Part shown: one piece after another, positions 1-11,182 of the stretch
Numbering within the stretch: the stretch's first letter is position 1
Layout of the letters: every line of letters starts with the position of its first letter
Origin: Mycoplasmoides genitalium G37
GTDB lineage: Bacteria; Bacillota_I; Bacilli_A; Mycoplasmatales; Mycoplasmoidaceae
Assembly: GCF_000027325.1 (NCBI RefSeq)
Contig: NC_000908.2
Span: forward strand, 330,001-362,000
Reading direction: 5' to 3'
Length of the DNA stretch: 32,000 bases
Position numbers and translations under genes: made by a program
Notes under the pieces: model-generated
What the model saw: the letters and a program-made list of their open reading frames with translations, nothing else
Databases searched by the model: none
Told to the model about the DNA's origin: nothing

Positions 1-985
1 CAGTAGCAACAATACACATCTCAGGGTACTTAATAATAGGTGTACCTACAGCTGCTCCTAATGAACCGAAGTTAGTAACTGAAATAGTACCTTTATTCAA
101 ATCAGTCAACTTAATCTTTTTTGTTCTAGCTTTGTTAGCTAAATCAACAATTGCTTGGGCAATTTCAACCACAGATTTGGTTTGGGCTTGCTTAATGTTA
201 GGGACAATTAAACCTTCTTCAGTATCAACAGCAATTCCTACATTAATGTCATCATTTAAAACAATTTCGTTTTGATCAGGATCATAACTAGCGTTAAAAA
301 CAGGGAACTTCTTAAGCGCATTAACAATTGCTTTAACAAAGAAAGCAAAGTAAGAAATTTTCATGGAATACTTACTTAAAGCATAACCATTAACACTTTC
401 ACGATATTGTTTTAACTTGGTTGCATTAACATAAAAAGTTAATACAGTGGTTGGGATAATTGCGTGCGACTTTGTCATTGCTTCTGCAATCGCTTTACGC
501 ATTGTTGAGATAGCAATGGTTTTCTGTTCAGTTTTACTTTCTGGTTTTTGGGTTGTTTCTACAGTAATGTTAGTACTACTTGCAACTTTAGTGTCTTTAA
601 CAGCTGGAGTTGCATGAGGTTTTACTCCAAAGATAGGAAAGAGGTTATCAGAAACCTTAATTTCCCCTACTACTGAAGCCCCCGCTTCTTTTACCTTAGC
701 TACTTCTTCAGTTGGTTGAGGTTTTGGTTCAACAAGTGGTGTACTAGTCTTTTCACCAATAACTGCCATCACCTGACCAATGCTAACAACATCACCAACT
801 TTAACATTAATAGCACTAATTGTACCTGCAAAAGGAGAAGGTAGTTCAGTTGTAACTTTATCAGTTTCAACAACAAATAAAGCTTCATCTATCTTGATCT
901 GATCACCAACTTGTTTTAAGATTTCAGTTACTTTTCCTTCATGTAAACCCTCACCAACATCAGTGAATTTAAACTCATTTGCCAT
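1..985 (-). CDS. pdhC: Pyruvate dehydrogenase E2, dihydrolipoamide acetyltransferase (C-terminus runs off the window)
   Basis: Minus-strand start ATGGCAAATGAGTTTAAATTCACTGATGTTGGTGAGGG at 985, giving a lipoyl-domain N-terminus MANEFKFTDVGEGLHEGKVTEI. Adjacent to pdhB and pdhA. Confidence 0.95.
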   Translation of the reverse strand, partial: MANEFKFTDVGEGLHEGKVTEILKQVGDQIKIDEALFVVETDKVTTELPSPFAGTISAINVKVGDVVSIGQVMAVIGEKTSTPLVEPKPQPTEEVAKVKEAGASVVGEIKVSDNLFPIFGVKPHATPAVKDTKVASSTNITVETTQKPESKTEQKTIAISTMRKAIAEAMTKSHAIIPTTVLTFYVNATKLKQYRESVNGYALSKYSMKISYFAFFVKAIVNALKKFPVFNASYDPDQNEIVLNDDINVGIAVDTEEGLIVPNIKQAQTKSVVEIAQAIVDLANKARTKKIKLTDLNKGTISVTNFGSLGAAVGTPIIKYPEMCIVAT

Positions 986-1041
986 ATCGTATTGATAGTA
1001 CTTAAAGTTTAAATTTAATAGTAGTGATCTATAACAAATAA

Positions 1042-1069
1042 AAAAAGCCAGTTTAGTTACTGGCTTTTT
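1042..1069 (-). terminator. Rho-independent terminator-like hairpin between the Cys-rich ORF and pdhC
   Basis: Stem AAAAAGCCAGT (1042-1052), loop TTAGTT, ACTGGCTTTTT (1059-1069). T-rich on both strands. Confidence 0.6.
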
Positions 1070-1092
1070 AGTTGTTAGACAAAAATTTTGTC

Positions 1093-1164
1093 TTACTTTT
1101 TACAGCAGCTGTTGCACTTAGCGCATTCGCACTTGCATTGGCAGCATTTCTTGTTGTCTTCCAT
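1093..1164 (-). CDS. Candidate 23-aa cysteine-rich (metallothionein-like) micropeptide MEDNKKCCQCKCECAKCNSCCKK
   Basis: Read codon by codon on the minus strand: ATG at 1164-1162, TAA at 1095-1093, 8 Cys in 23 residues. Between pdhB and pdhC and followed by a hairpin. No strong Shine-Dalgarno. Confidence 0.55.
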   Translation of the reverse strand: MEDNKKCCQCKCECAKCNSCCKK

Positions 1165-1186
1165 CACTTTAATTTATGAAATGAGG

Positions 1187-1215
1187 TACCTAGCTCTAAA
1201 AAATAAAGCTAGGTA
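1187..1215 (-). promoter_or_regulatory. Hairpin between pdhB stop and the Cys-rich ORF
   Basis: TACCTAGCT (1187-1195) and AGCTAGGTA (1207-1215) form a perfect 9-bp inverted repeat with an 11-nt loop. Confidence 0.4.
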
Positions 1216-1234
1216 ACTATATTTTAAAAAAGTG

Positions 1235-2215
1235 TTATTTTAAAAGTTGATTAACTGCATCAATAACCCGTGCATTAATTTCAAACTGGTATTTTTCACC
1301 TCTAGCTAAAGGCACAACAATATCAAACCCAGTTACCCGTTGTGGGGCTTTTTTGAGATAAGTGAATAGTTCTTCAGTTACTGAAGTGATAATCTCTGCA
1401 CTTGTAGTGAAACTTTTCACCGCTTCAGTCACTACAAGTAGTCTTCCTGTTTTCTTCACTGAGTTAAATACTGTTTGTTTATCTCAAGGGGAGATAGTAC
1501 GCAAGTCAATTAACTCAATTCCCTTATCTTTCAATTCCCCGCTGTAAACTAAGTTAATTAAATCAAACATTGTAGGACCATAGCTAACTATTGTAAGTTC
1601 ACTACCTTCACTAATCAAGTTGGCTTCACCAATAGGGACAGTGTAATAATCACTAGGAATCTCCTGACGAAAAGCACGATAAAGCTTCTTTGGTTCAAAA
1701 AAGATAACAGGATCAGGTGATTCAATAGCAGCTAGAAAAAGTCCTTTGGTATCATAAGGATTTGATGGCATCACTGTTTTAAGCCCAGCAATCTGTGCAT
1801 AAATTGCTTCCAATGTTTCACTGTGGTGTTCCAATGCTTTAATCCCCCCACCCATTGGCATCCTCACTACTAGTGGAGCGGTATATACACCACGAGAACG
1901 GTTTCTAATCCTAGCAGCATGGACAAAGATTTGAAACATAGCTGGGAATGAAAAGCCTGAAAACTGGATCTCTACAATAGGTTTAAGACCACCTATAGCA
2001 GCCCCAACCCCAATACCAGCCATAGAGTTTTCTGCTATAGGACAATCCCATACCCTTTCACTCCCATACTTTTGTTGTAAGCCTTTAGTTGCACGGAACA
2101 CACCCCCTTCAAAACCAGCGTCCTGGCCATAGAGTACAACGTTTTGATCTCTTTCCAGTGCAAGATCCATTGCGTTGTTTAACGCTTCAATGTTATTTAC
2201 TTGGATTTTTGACAT
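1235..2215 (-). CDS. pdhB: Pyruvate dehydrogenase E1 component beta subunit
   Basis: ORFs 1235..1459 and 1484..2215 join through an in-frame TGA (Trp) at 1484-1486, giving 326 aa. Motifs MSKIQVNNIEALNNAMDLALERDQNVVLYGQDAGFEGGVFRAT and GLKPIVEIQF. Confidence 0.97.
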
Positions 2216-2232
2216 AGTTATCTTTTTTTAAA

Positions 2233-3309
2233 TTAGTCTTTAAAGTATTTTTTTGCAATCTGTTTCTGTTCAACTAGTTCAGGGGTTAATTCTTGATAGT
2301 TGTAATCAAACACCTCATCTACTGATACAGGAGTATCTAGTACCATCTTTTCATAAGCAGCTTGGATTTCCTGTTCAATTTTGCTGAACATCTCTTCTTC
2401 TTGAGCTTGGTTAAGAATTGATCTATCAAACAAGAAGTTTCGCAACCGCTTCACTGGATCACTCTTCATTCCCTCCTCCTCTTCTTGTTTGGTTCTGTAG
2501 ATAGAAGGGTCATCTGAAGTGGTGTGAGGACCTTGCCGGTAGCTGAAGAACTCAATTAAGACTGGTCCATTACCACCTCTAGCGTAATTAGCAGCATCTT
2601 GCATCGCTTCATAACTAGCAATTAGATCATTACCATCAACCCTTACCCTTGGGATCCCACATGCTATTGCTTTAACGCTTAGATCACTAACAGCAGATTC
2701 AAGTTTAGTTCTTGTTGAGATAGCAAACTGATTGTTGTTAATACAAAAAACAGTGTTTCACTTGTGGATGCTTGCAATGTTCATCGCTTCATAAAATTCC
2801 CCTTCAGCTGTACCTCCATCACCAATCATAGTAACAGCAACATTAGGTTGCTTTTTATAGTGCAACATGTAACCTAATCCAGCAGCATGGGAATACTGAG
2901 CACCAATGGTGATGTTAATAGGTAAAGTTTTGTATTTAGCATCTATCTGACTACCTTTTTCATTACCATTTCAGTAGAGTAAAAGTTGTTCTGGTTTTAC
3001 CCCACGATACAACATTAAAGCCCCACTACGAAACGTAGGACAAACCCAATCATTTTCATTTAAACCTAATCCCATTCCAACCTGTAAAGCTTCCTCTCCC
3101 AAATTAGGAGCGAAGTTTAACATCTTACCAGCACGCTGTCAAACTAACATCTTTTTGTCCATCATTCTACTCAAGTTCATTAAGTAATAAGCGTGTTTTA
3201 ACTGTTCATCAGTTAGGGTAATTTTGTGGTTAGGATCAATTAATTTACCCTCATTATCATAAACCTGATAAAGGGTAGTTGGAACTTTATTTTTAATCAA
3301 GATTGCCAT
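2233..3309 (-). CDS. pdhA: Pyruvate dehydrogenase E1 component alpha subunit
   Basis: Start CAT at 3307-3309, stop at 2233, 358 aa with TGA as Trp. E1-alpha TPP-binding region (GDGGTSEGEF-like) and C-terminal HGPHTTSDDPSIYR. Confidence 0.97.
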
Positions 3310-3336
3310 ATATTTCTATGCTAATTTAAAACTAAG

Positions 3337-4773
3337 CTATTTTTTAGGAATGTAATAGCTAAAACCAAGTGCTTGTAAAACAGTTGCTAACACAAAGTTA
3401 AACGGTTTGTTGTAATGTGGAAGAAAATAAACATCCACTAAACCCAGTTCAGTTAGTAACATCTGCTTTTGGATTGCAAGTGCAATATAGAAAATAATCT
3501 CACTGTGATTGGTATTCCAAGAAAGGAGTTGTGCTCCTAAAATTCTTAGGGTTTTCTTGTCATATACAAGTTTAAAACGCACCTTGTCATAACTGCCCAT
3601 AAACTCAGGACGATCATTGTCATCAACAACTGATATGCCAACATCAAAACCTAACTTCTTAGCACGCTGTTCAGTTAATCCACATGCTGCTAAATTTAAA
3701 CCAAAGATATGGAGTGCATTGGTGCCAACGATAGATTGGAGTTTAACTTGGTTACTACCAATGATATGCATCGCAGCTACTAATCCACTCTTTACTGCAT
3801 TGGTAGCAAGATCGATGTTTTCATACTGTTCACTAGCAGCATTGTAAATAGCAGCACAACCCCCAATGACATAAACATCCTTATGATTTAGTGCTTGGAG
3901 AAATTCATTAACTTTAATTGAACCGTTGTGAATAAACTCAAAGTTTTGATCTTTAGGAACAAACTTAGTGCTAGGTCTAAACCCAATTGATTGGATCACA
4001 AGGTCTGCATTTACTATTCCCTTATCAGTTTCAACTCCTTTGACAACGTTGTTTGTACTATCAACAACAAAGCCCTTAACACTGCAACCCATCATTAGTT
4101 TTAACCCATCTTTTTGCATCACTTTTTCAAGTTCATCAGTAAACTCATGATCAAAGTTATTACCAGCAGGCTTATCAAGTAAGTCAATTACTGTTACTTG
4201 CTTTTTGCATAACCAAGCTGCTTCAGCAAGTTCCAAGCCAATGTAACCAGAACCAACAATAGCAACTGATTTAATGGTTTTATCTTTACGAAAACTATCG
4301 ATTAAGGTAAGTGCATGTTGGTATAACTTACAGCTAATTAAGTTCTTAACATTACCACAATATTTGTCAGTGTAGTTAAACTCCAAAGGCTTGTGTGTCA
4401 CCTTGTTTTCAACATTCATACATATAGGTCATGCTCCTGAAGCGATTACTAGTTGATCAAACTGATCAGTGAACTCTTTATTTGATGTTAAATCTCTAAC
4501 TGTTACCTGTTTTTTGATTAGATCAATGTTAGTAACATCATGACTCATAAAGATGTTAGCGCCCATCTGTTTCAACTCCTCAGGGTTGGAATAGAAAAGA
4601 TCATCAGTGTTTTTAACAACACCACTAACAGCAAGTGCAATTCCACACCCCAGAAACGAGATGTTTGTGTTTCTATCATAAGCGTTAACCTTAAAGTCCT
4701 TACTTTTTGAAAGTAAAGTTCTAATAAAACTAGTACCAGCGTGATTTATTCCAATCACAATCACTTTTTTCAT
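3337..4773 (-). CDS. nox: NADH oxidase (FAD/NAD-dependent, CoA-disulfide reductase family)
   Basis: ORFs 3337..4419 and 4429..4773 joined via TGA, 478 aa. N-terminal MKKVIVIGINHAGTSFIRTLL, catalytic NISFLGCGIA, NAD-binding VAIVGSGYIGLELAE. Confidence 0.95.
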
Positions 4774-4855
4774 ATATCTTAGCTGCAGTAATTTTTTAAG
4801 CTATTTAAGGATAATTTGTGCAGTAGTGATTCGATCTTTTAAAATTAAGCTTTTG

Positions 4856-5398
4856 CTAGTAATGTAATAAAATCTTGCTAACCACATTTGGTTGTAACTT
4901 AGCTTTACCATTGAGTTTTTTCAGCTCAATTAAAAAGCAATATCCCACAGTTTCACCATTTAACTGTTTAAGTAATTGGTCAATAGCAGCAACTGTTCCA
5001 GCAGTGGCAAGTACATCATCAACAATAACACACCTTTTAGCATTATTAGCTTGGATTAATGAAGTGGTTGACATCTCCAATACAGCATGTTTTCTGTACT
5101 CCAAATCATAGCTAGCACTAATTAATTGCCCTGGGAGTTTATTGGCTTTTCTAACCAATACTAACGGGAGTTGGGTTTTAGAAGCTAATGCTCCCCCAAA
5201 GATAAAACCCCTCGCTTCAGGACATACTATCGCTTCTGCATTAATAGCTTTAATAAACTGTGCCATTTGGGTTAGCACAAAATTAAATAGTTGGGGATTG
5301 GAAAATACTGGGGTAATGTCATAAAACAATGTACCTTGGTTGGGAAAATTTTCAAAGCGCTTGATTGCTTGATCAAGCAACTTAAAGTTTTGATCCAT
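4856..5398 (-). CDS. apt: Adenine phosphoribosyltransferase
   Basis: MDQNFKLLDQAIKRFENFPNQGTLFYDITPVF and the PRPP motif CVIVDDVLATAGTV. ATG at 5398 gives 180 aa; the longer track start at 5434 is not needed. Confidence 0.95.
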   Translation of the reverse strand: MDQNFKLLDQAIKRFENFPNQGTLFYDITPVFSNPQLFNFVLTQMAQFIKAINAEAIVCPEARGFIFGGALASKTQLPLVLVRKANKLPGQLISASYDLEYRKHAVLEMSTTSLIQANNAKRCVIVDDVLATAGTVAAIDQLLKQLNGETVGYCFLIELKKLNGKAKLQPNVVSKILLHY

Positions 5399-5411
5399 AA
5401 ATATCTTTTTT

Positions 5412-8324
5412 TTAAAAACTGTTAATTCCTGCAATTAACTGCTCTTCAATCTGATCAATCTCTTTAAAAGGATGTTTTTTGTGTTTTAAGCTCAAACGGG
5501 AATGAACATAGTTGAAAGGACTGAGTCAACCATTGATTAAACCAAAGCAAAACATTGGTAAAAAAGCAGTTGCAACATCAAATAAACCAACAATAGCAAT
5601 TAGATAAAAGATCACAAGGTTAAAGTTGCCATCAATCCCACCAAAGTTAAAACCACTGTAGATAATAAAAATGAAAACTAAGCTAGAACTTTCAATCAGA
5701 TCTATCTTCCACTGCGAGTTGAAGTTATCGTTAAATAAGTTTTTGATAAATACCTTGTCCTTTAAGCTCCTTTTAAACCAGTAAAAGTAAGTCCAAGTTG
5801 TTGTTTGTGATACCTTAGCTGCAAAAAAGAGCCAAAACAGATAAACAAAGGTAATTAACTGGATTGTTGATTGGTCTATACTAAACAGATAGTTAGTTAG
5901 ATACATCACTGCAAACAAACCACTACATAACAAGATAAAGCTAACCAAATAACTTAAACAATAAGCAACACCATATCTAATCAAACAATAAGCTAAGTAC
6001 AGTAAACTAACTATTCCTATCCCAGCAATAATCCCGTTACTTGATTCAACATCTGCTGCTAAAAATTCTCCTAACAGGTTAGGTTGAACAAGATATAAAA
6101 CTAGCATTACAACTCCTATAGCTAACAAGATTAGCCATACAAACAAAAACTTCCAGTTGTTTTTCAAAAAGAAATCATGTTGGTTTTTGGTTATAAAAAA
6201 GTCTGTGTTCAAGTCACTAGTTGAACTTAAAAGTGAATAGTTACTAGAAGTTTTAGTTAGTGCTTTTGCATCCTTCTGATAGAGAAAAAGCTTTCAGTTT
6301 GCACCTGATTCTGAACTGACAAACAGTGAGATTAAAACGATGCTGATTCCATAACTAAAAAAGTAAGAAGTAATGGCTGATATTGCCATCAAATTAGCTA
6401 GTTGTTGGACCTGATAATTAGAAAGATAGATAACAACTAAAGCACTAATTAACCAGGTAATGTGAAACTCAAGATTAGCAAAAAAGCTTCTTTTTAAACA
6501 CAGTTTTCACGATTCGATAATAGAAGCATTATTTCTAATATTTCTTAAGAATAACTCTCCTAAATTCAAGAGATTAATTAGGTTGATGGCAATAACAAAG
6601 AAGATGCCCACAAAAGAAAAGACATCAACAACTCCACCAACTGCACTAAAGATAACCAGTGATGACACCACACTTAACCCTAAAGCTAATGCTTTGTATA
6701 ACCCTAAGAGCTTGTATCGTAGTGTTAATAGAACAGCAGCAATAAGAACGATGATACCAAACGCAATAAAACTAGAAGCAAAATTAGAAACATCTGTGAT
6801 GGTATTTGCAAGTGGAGCGTTAACCAGACTTGTTTTTGCAGTTGCAATGGTAGCTGCTGTGGGAAATGGATTTGTTAAAAGCTCTTTAACAGTAGCTGCT
6901 GTTACAAAGTTTGGTGGGGTGTATGTACCATCACTACTCAAGAAATTACCAACTTGAAACTTAATATTACCACCATATTCTATCCGTTGGTTGTTAGTGT
7001 CTAAAAAGCTTTGTAGAGTAGGATTAATCTTAACAGGATCACCGGTTTTGCTAACCGGATCTTCAGTTCTAATTTCACTGATAATATAGTTATGGAATAA
7101 CCCTGAAAAACCACTGCTATCTGCACTCCTTAACTTTCTTGTATCAGCACTATTTGAAACTGTAATTACATCTGAACTATTGTTGTTATTGTTATTATTC
7201 TGGTTATTATTGTCATTACTGTTGCTAGCAACCGCTGAAAAGTGGTTAGGAGCAGCGTAGATATAATAAAGGTTTTTGAGAGTAATGTCACTTGCTTTTT
7301 TAATAGGAGATGCCCCATTAGCATCAGTGTTTAAAAACAGATTATCACCACTAGCAAAGCTACCCTTTGCATGTAAAAATTCCCAGAGACTCTTCTCTCT
7401 TTCATTAAAGGTGAGATAATCACTACTACCCTCAACTACATTAAAGATATTACGGACATAGTTTAATGCGCCTTGTTTATCTTTTCACAATACTAAAGTT
7501 TTATTACCACTACTTGAAGTTCCATTCGCATTTTGCTTAAAAAATTTACCATTGCCCTCAACACTAGCTTGCCCATTACCAGTATTATAATCAGAACTTG
7601 ATAAGTTTTTAGAGTTGATAAAATCAAGAAAATCGGTGTGTAAACTTTCTTTGGTAACTACATTTTTATTTAACTTGTATTCAAAGGTTAAAGCACTGTT
7701 TACAGAAGTGTTTTGGGGAACAACTGCCCTAATGGAAGCATTAATAAAATTATTATCCAGTGAATCAAATAAAACCACTCCATCAGTTGTTTCAAGTGAA
7801 AGTTGGTAGTTGTGTTCAACTGAACTAATTGCATTTCTTCTAACCTGAGCATCAACTTGTCTTTTTCTTTGGCGGGTTTTGGCTTGCTCACGGTTTTGTT
7901 CAAAGGTGAGAGTAACAGAAGGTAATCCCCCATTAACCAATCAGGACTTGTCAATGTTGTCAAGTTCACTAGCAGTTTTATCATTAGTGTTTTTAGTAAT
8001 GTTTACAGAAGAAAAGCCCTGAATGAATAAACTGTTAGCATAACTTTTTTCAACACCATCTAAAAAGCTATCAATGTTAGTGATGTTTTCAATCCCGTTG
8101 GTTGGTTTTGTTTGCTGAGGATCTAATGAGGTATTGTTAGTTGACTTATGGTTTAAAAAGTAAACAGTTGTAGTGGTAGAACCGTTGAAAACAGCACCTA
8201 ACCTGCTGTCATTTAACAGTTTGTAACTCCCAAAAATAACACCAAACAAACCCAGACAAACAAGTCCAAGAATAGTTCCTATTTTTAGGATTCAGTCCAA
8301 AGAAAAGCGCTTTTTGAACCTCAC
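5412..8324 (-). CDS. Large multi-pass membrane protein, 970 aa (MG277-like), possible divergent SecDF
   Basis: Fragments 5526..6212, 6507..6941, 7485..7940 and 7941..8249 share one frame with TGA as Trp. GTG start at 8324, TAA at 5412-5414. One N-terminal TM, long ectodomain, then two C-terminal TM clusters. Confidence 0.85.
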
Positions 8325-8366
8325 TAACTATTTTTAATAACTTAAATTTTATATAAATATTAAGTA

Positions 8367-10529
8367 ATGGCAACCATTCAGGAAATCGAGTGTGATTTTT
8401 TAGCTAAAATAGCACAAAAATTTACTAATGCAGAGATTGAATTAATTAACAAAGCATTCTATCACGCTAAAACTTGGCATGAAAACCAGAAACGGCTTAG
8501 CGGTGAACCTTTTTTTATCCATCCTTTAAGAACGGCATTATCACTAGTTGAATGGAACATGGATCCTATCACTATTTGTGCTGGTTTGTTACATGACATC
8601 ATTGAAGATACAGACCAAACCGAAGCTAATATAGCAATGATTTTTAGCAAAGAAATTGCTGAGCTTGTCACTAAGGTTACAAAGATTACCAATGAATCTA
8701 AAAAGCAACGTCATCTCAAAAATAAAAAGGAGAATCTTAACTTAAAAAGCTTTGTTAACATTGCAATCAATTCTCAACAAGAGATAAATGTAATGGTACT
8801 AAAACTAGCAGATCGACTTGATAACATCGCTTCCATTGAGTTTCTCCCCATTGAAAAGCAAAAGGTAATTGCAAAAGAAACTTTAGAACTTTATGCAAAG
8901 ATTGCTGGGAGGATTGGGATGTATCCTGTTAAAACAAAATTAGCAGATCTTTCATTTAAGGTGTTGGATTTAAAAAACTATGATAACACCCTGTCAAAGA
9001 TTAACAAGCAAAAGGTCTTTTATGACAATGAGTGGGATAACTTCAAACAACAATTAAAAAAAATCTTAGCGCAAAATCAGATAGAATACCAACTTGAAAG
9101 TCGGATTAAAGGCATTTACTCTACATATAAAAAACTAACTGTTCATGAACAGAACATCAGTAAGATCCATGATCTTTTTGCTATCCGCTTAATTACTAAA
9201 TCAGAACTTGATTGTTATCACATCCTTGGTTTAATTCACCTTAATTTTTTAATTGACAGTAAATACTTCAAAGACTATATTGCCTCACCTAAACAAAACC
9301 TTTACCAATCAATTCATACCACTGTTCGTTTAAAAGGGTTAAATGTTGAGATCCAAATTAGAACCCAACAGATGGACAATGTTAGTAAGTTTGGCTTAGC
9401 TAGTCACTGGATCTACAAAGAACAGAAAGAGGGATTGTTAGCACCTGCTTTGCAACTTAATTACCTAGTGACAAAACAAAAACACTCACATGATTTTCTA
9501 AAAAGGATTTTTGGGACTGATATTATCAAGATTAATGTTAGTGCTAGTCATGAACCTAATGTAATTAAGCAAATTAATGTTGATAGCAACAATAAACTCC
9601 TTGATATTGCTTTTGAAAACTATCCCAAGCAATTTGCTAAATTAACCAAAATTGAAATTGATGGGGTTGAGATCAATTCTTTTGATACTAGTGTTGAAAA
9701 TGAGATGCTGATTGAATTTTACTTTGGCAAGAATAACAATTTGAAATCAAAGTGAATTAGGTATATGAATAACCCTATATACCGTGAAAAGGTAAAAAAG
9801 AGCTTGGCTAAACTAGCTAAATCTGGTAGATACAGTGAGTTAGCTTTTTATGAAAAAGAACTGGGTGAAAAACAGTTAAAACTTGCTAGTGAAACTGAAA
9901 TCCAAAAACGCTTAAACACCCTAAGAATTAAAAAAATGAGTGATTACTTAGCGTTAATTGAGTGTACTAACTTTACTAATGATGAACATTTGTTGTTTCT
10001 AGCTAAAAACAACGACAAGTGAAATAAACTAACAAAACCACTTAAGTTTGCTTTTTCAAAAGTAGTTTTTCACAACTCTTACTTTGAACAAATTGAAGGT
10101 ATTTTTATCACCAAAATAGTGATTGAACCATGTTGTAGTAAGATCCCTGATATGCCTGAACAAGTAACTGGTATCTTAACTAAAAACATTTTAAGTGTTC
10201 ACCGTTATGGTTGTAAGAATTTACAAAATAAAAAGCAGTTAAAAATTATCCCGTTATATTGAAATATCCAGCAGTTAAAACTAAAACCACGTAAGTTTCG
10301 CAGTTACATTAACATTAACGGAGTGTGGAGTGAAAAAACCATTAATAAAATCTGTCAAACAATTATTAATGGTGATGGTTATATTGAAAAAATAATTCCC
10401 AAGATCAACAAACAAAAAGATGAATTTGATTTAAACATCACCCTTTTTGTTAATAACTACCAACAACTTCTCACCTTAATGGACCAAATTACCACTAAGA
10501 ATATCAGCTTTAGTTGAAAATACCTTTAG
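8367..10529 (+). CDS. relA: (p)ppGpp synthetase/hydrolase, RelA/SpoT homolog
   Basis: ORFs 8367..9755, 9765..10022 and 10323..10517 are in one frame through TGA codons, stop TAG at 10527-10529, 720 aa. HD domain [34 protein letters not shown] and synthetase region [24 protein letters not shown]. Confidence 0.95.
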
Positions 10530-11182
10530 TTACCAAACACCGCATCATACACTTCTTCATCTCTTAAAAGTAAAACTAAGTGCTTTTTTAGTAGCCGTTG
10601 TGGATTGAAACGTGATACTCTCACTCCATAAACTTTCTTTGTAAATAAAATTAATAAAAAACCAGAAACAAAAAATGCCCCAATAATTGAGATTCCTGTA
10701 TAGAAAAGGATTTGGGAAACTTCAGTTAAATACCGCTTAAAATCATCATTTTGGTTTGGATTTGGGAACTTTTCTAGCATTTGATCAACAAAGCTAGTTA
10801 TGTTATTTAATGTGTGTTTAATTTGGGTAAAAGCAGCATTACTATCAAAGTTATTAATTTTTTTCAATGAACCTTCAAGTGCATTTAAAGAACTATCTAA
10901 TCCTGATGCAAATGAATTGTTTTGCGTTAATTTTCGCCCTTCGTTTAAAGATTTTTCAACTTCTGAAAGTGTTTTAACTAGGTTATTTTGGAAGATATTT
11001 TGGGAGATCTTTTTAATTTCAGTGTTATATTCACTAATCTTGTTATATCCCTCTTTATAGTAGTTGTTAATAGGTTCACGGTAAGTAAAAGCAAAATAAC
11101 CAGCAGTAGCAATTCCACCTAACAATAAAATCCCTACCAAAATAATAAGAAAAACTGCAAGTTTTTTTAATAGTCTAATCAT
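10526..11182 (-). CDS. Hypothetical coiled-coil membrane protein, 218 aa (MG279-like)
   Basis: Single uninterrupted ORF; TM near the N-terminus, coiled-coil middle, TM near the C-terminus with a short tail. Confidence 0.85.

Noticed and set aside
1362-1547. + strand ORF 61 aa
   Set aside because: Antisense to well-supported pdhB coding sequence, no family signature.
3617-4150. + strand ORFs 3617..3847 and 3968..4150
   Set aside because: Antisense shadow ORFs of nox.
5399-5434. Upstream apt start extension (MQELTVFKKKIF)
   Set aside because: It would overlap the 3' end of the upstream MG277-like gene. The ATG at 5398 gives a normal-length Apt.
6583-6957. + strand ORF 124 aa
   Set aside because: Antisense to the in-frame MG277-like ORF. 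Low-complexity Ala/Thr composition is a reverse-complement artefact.
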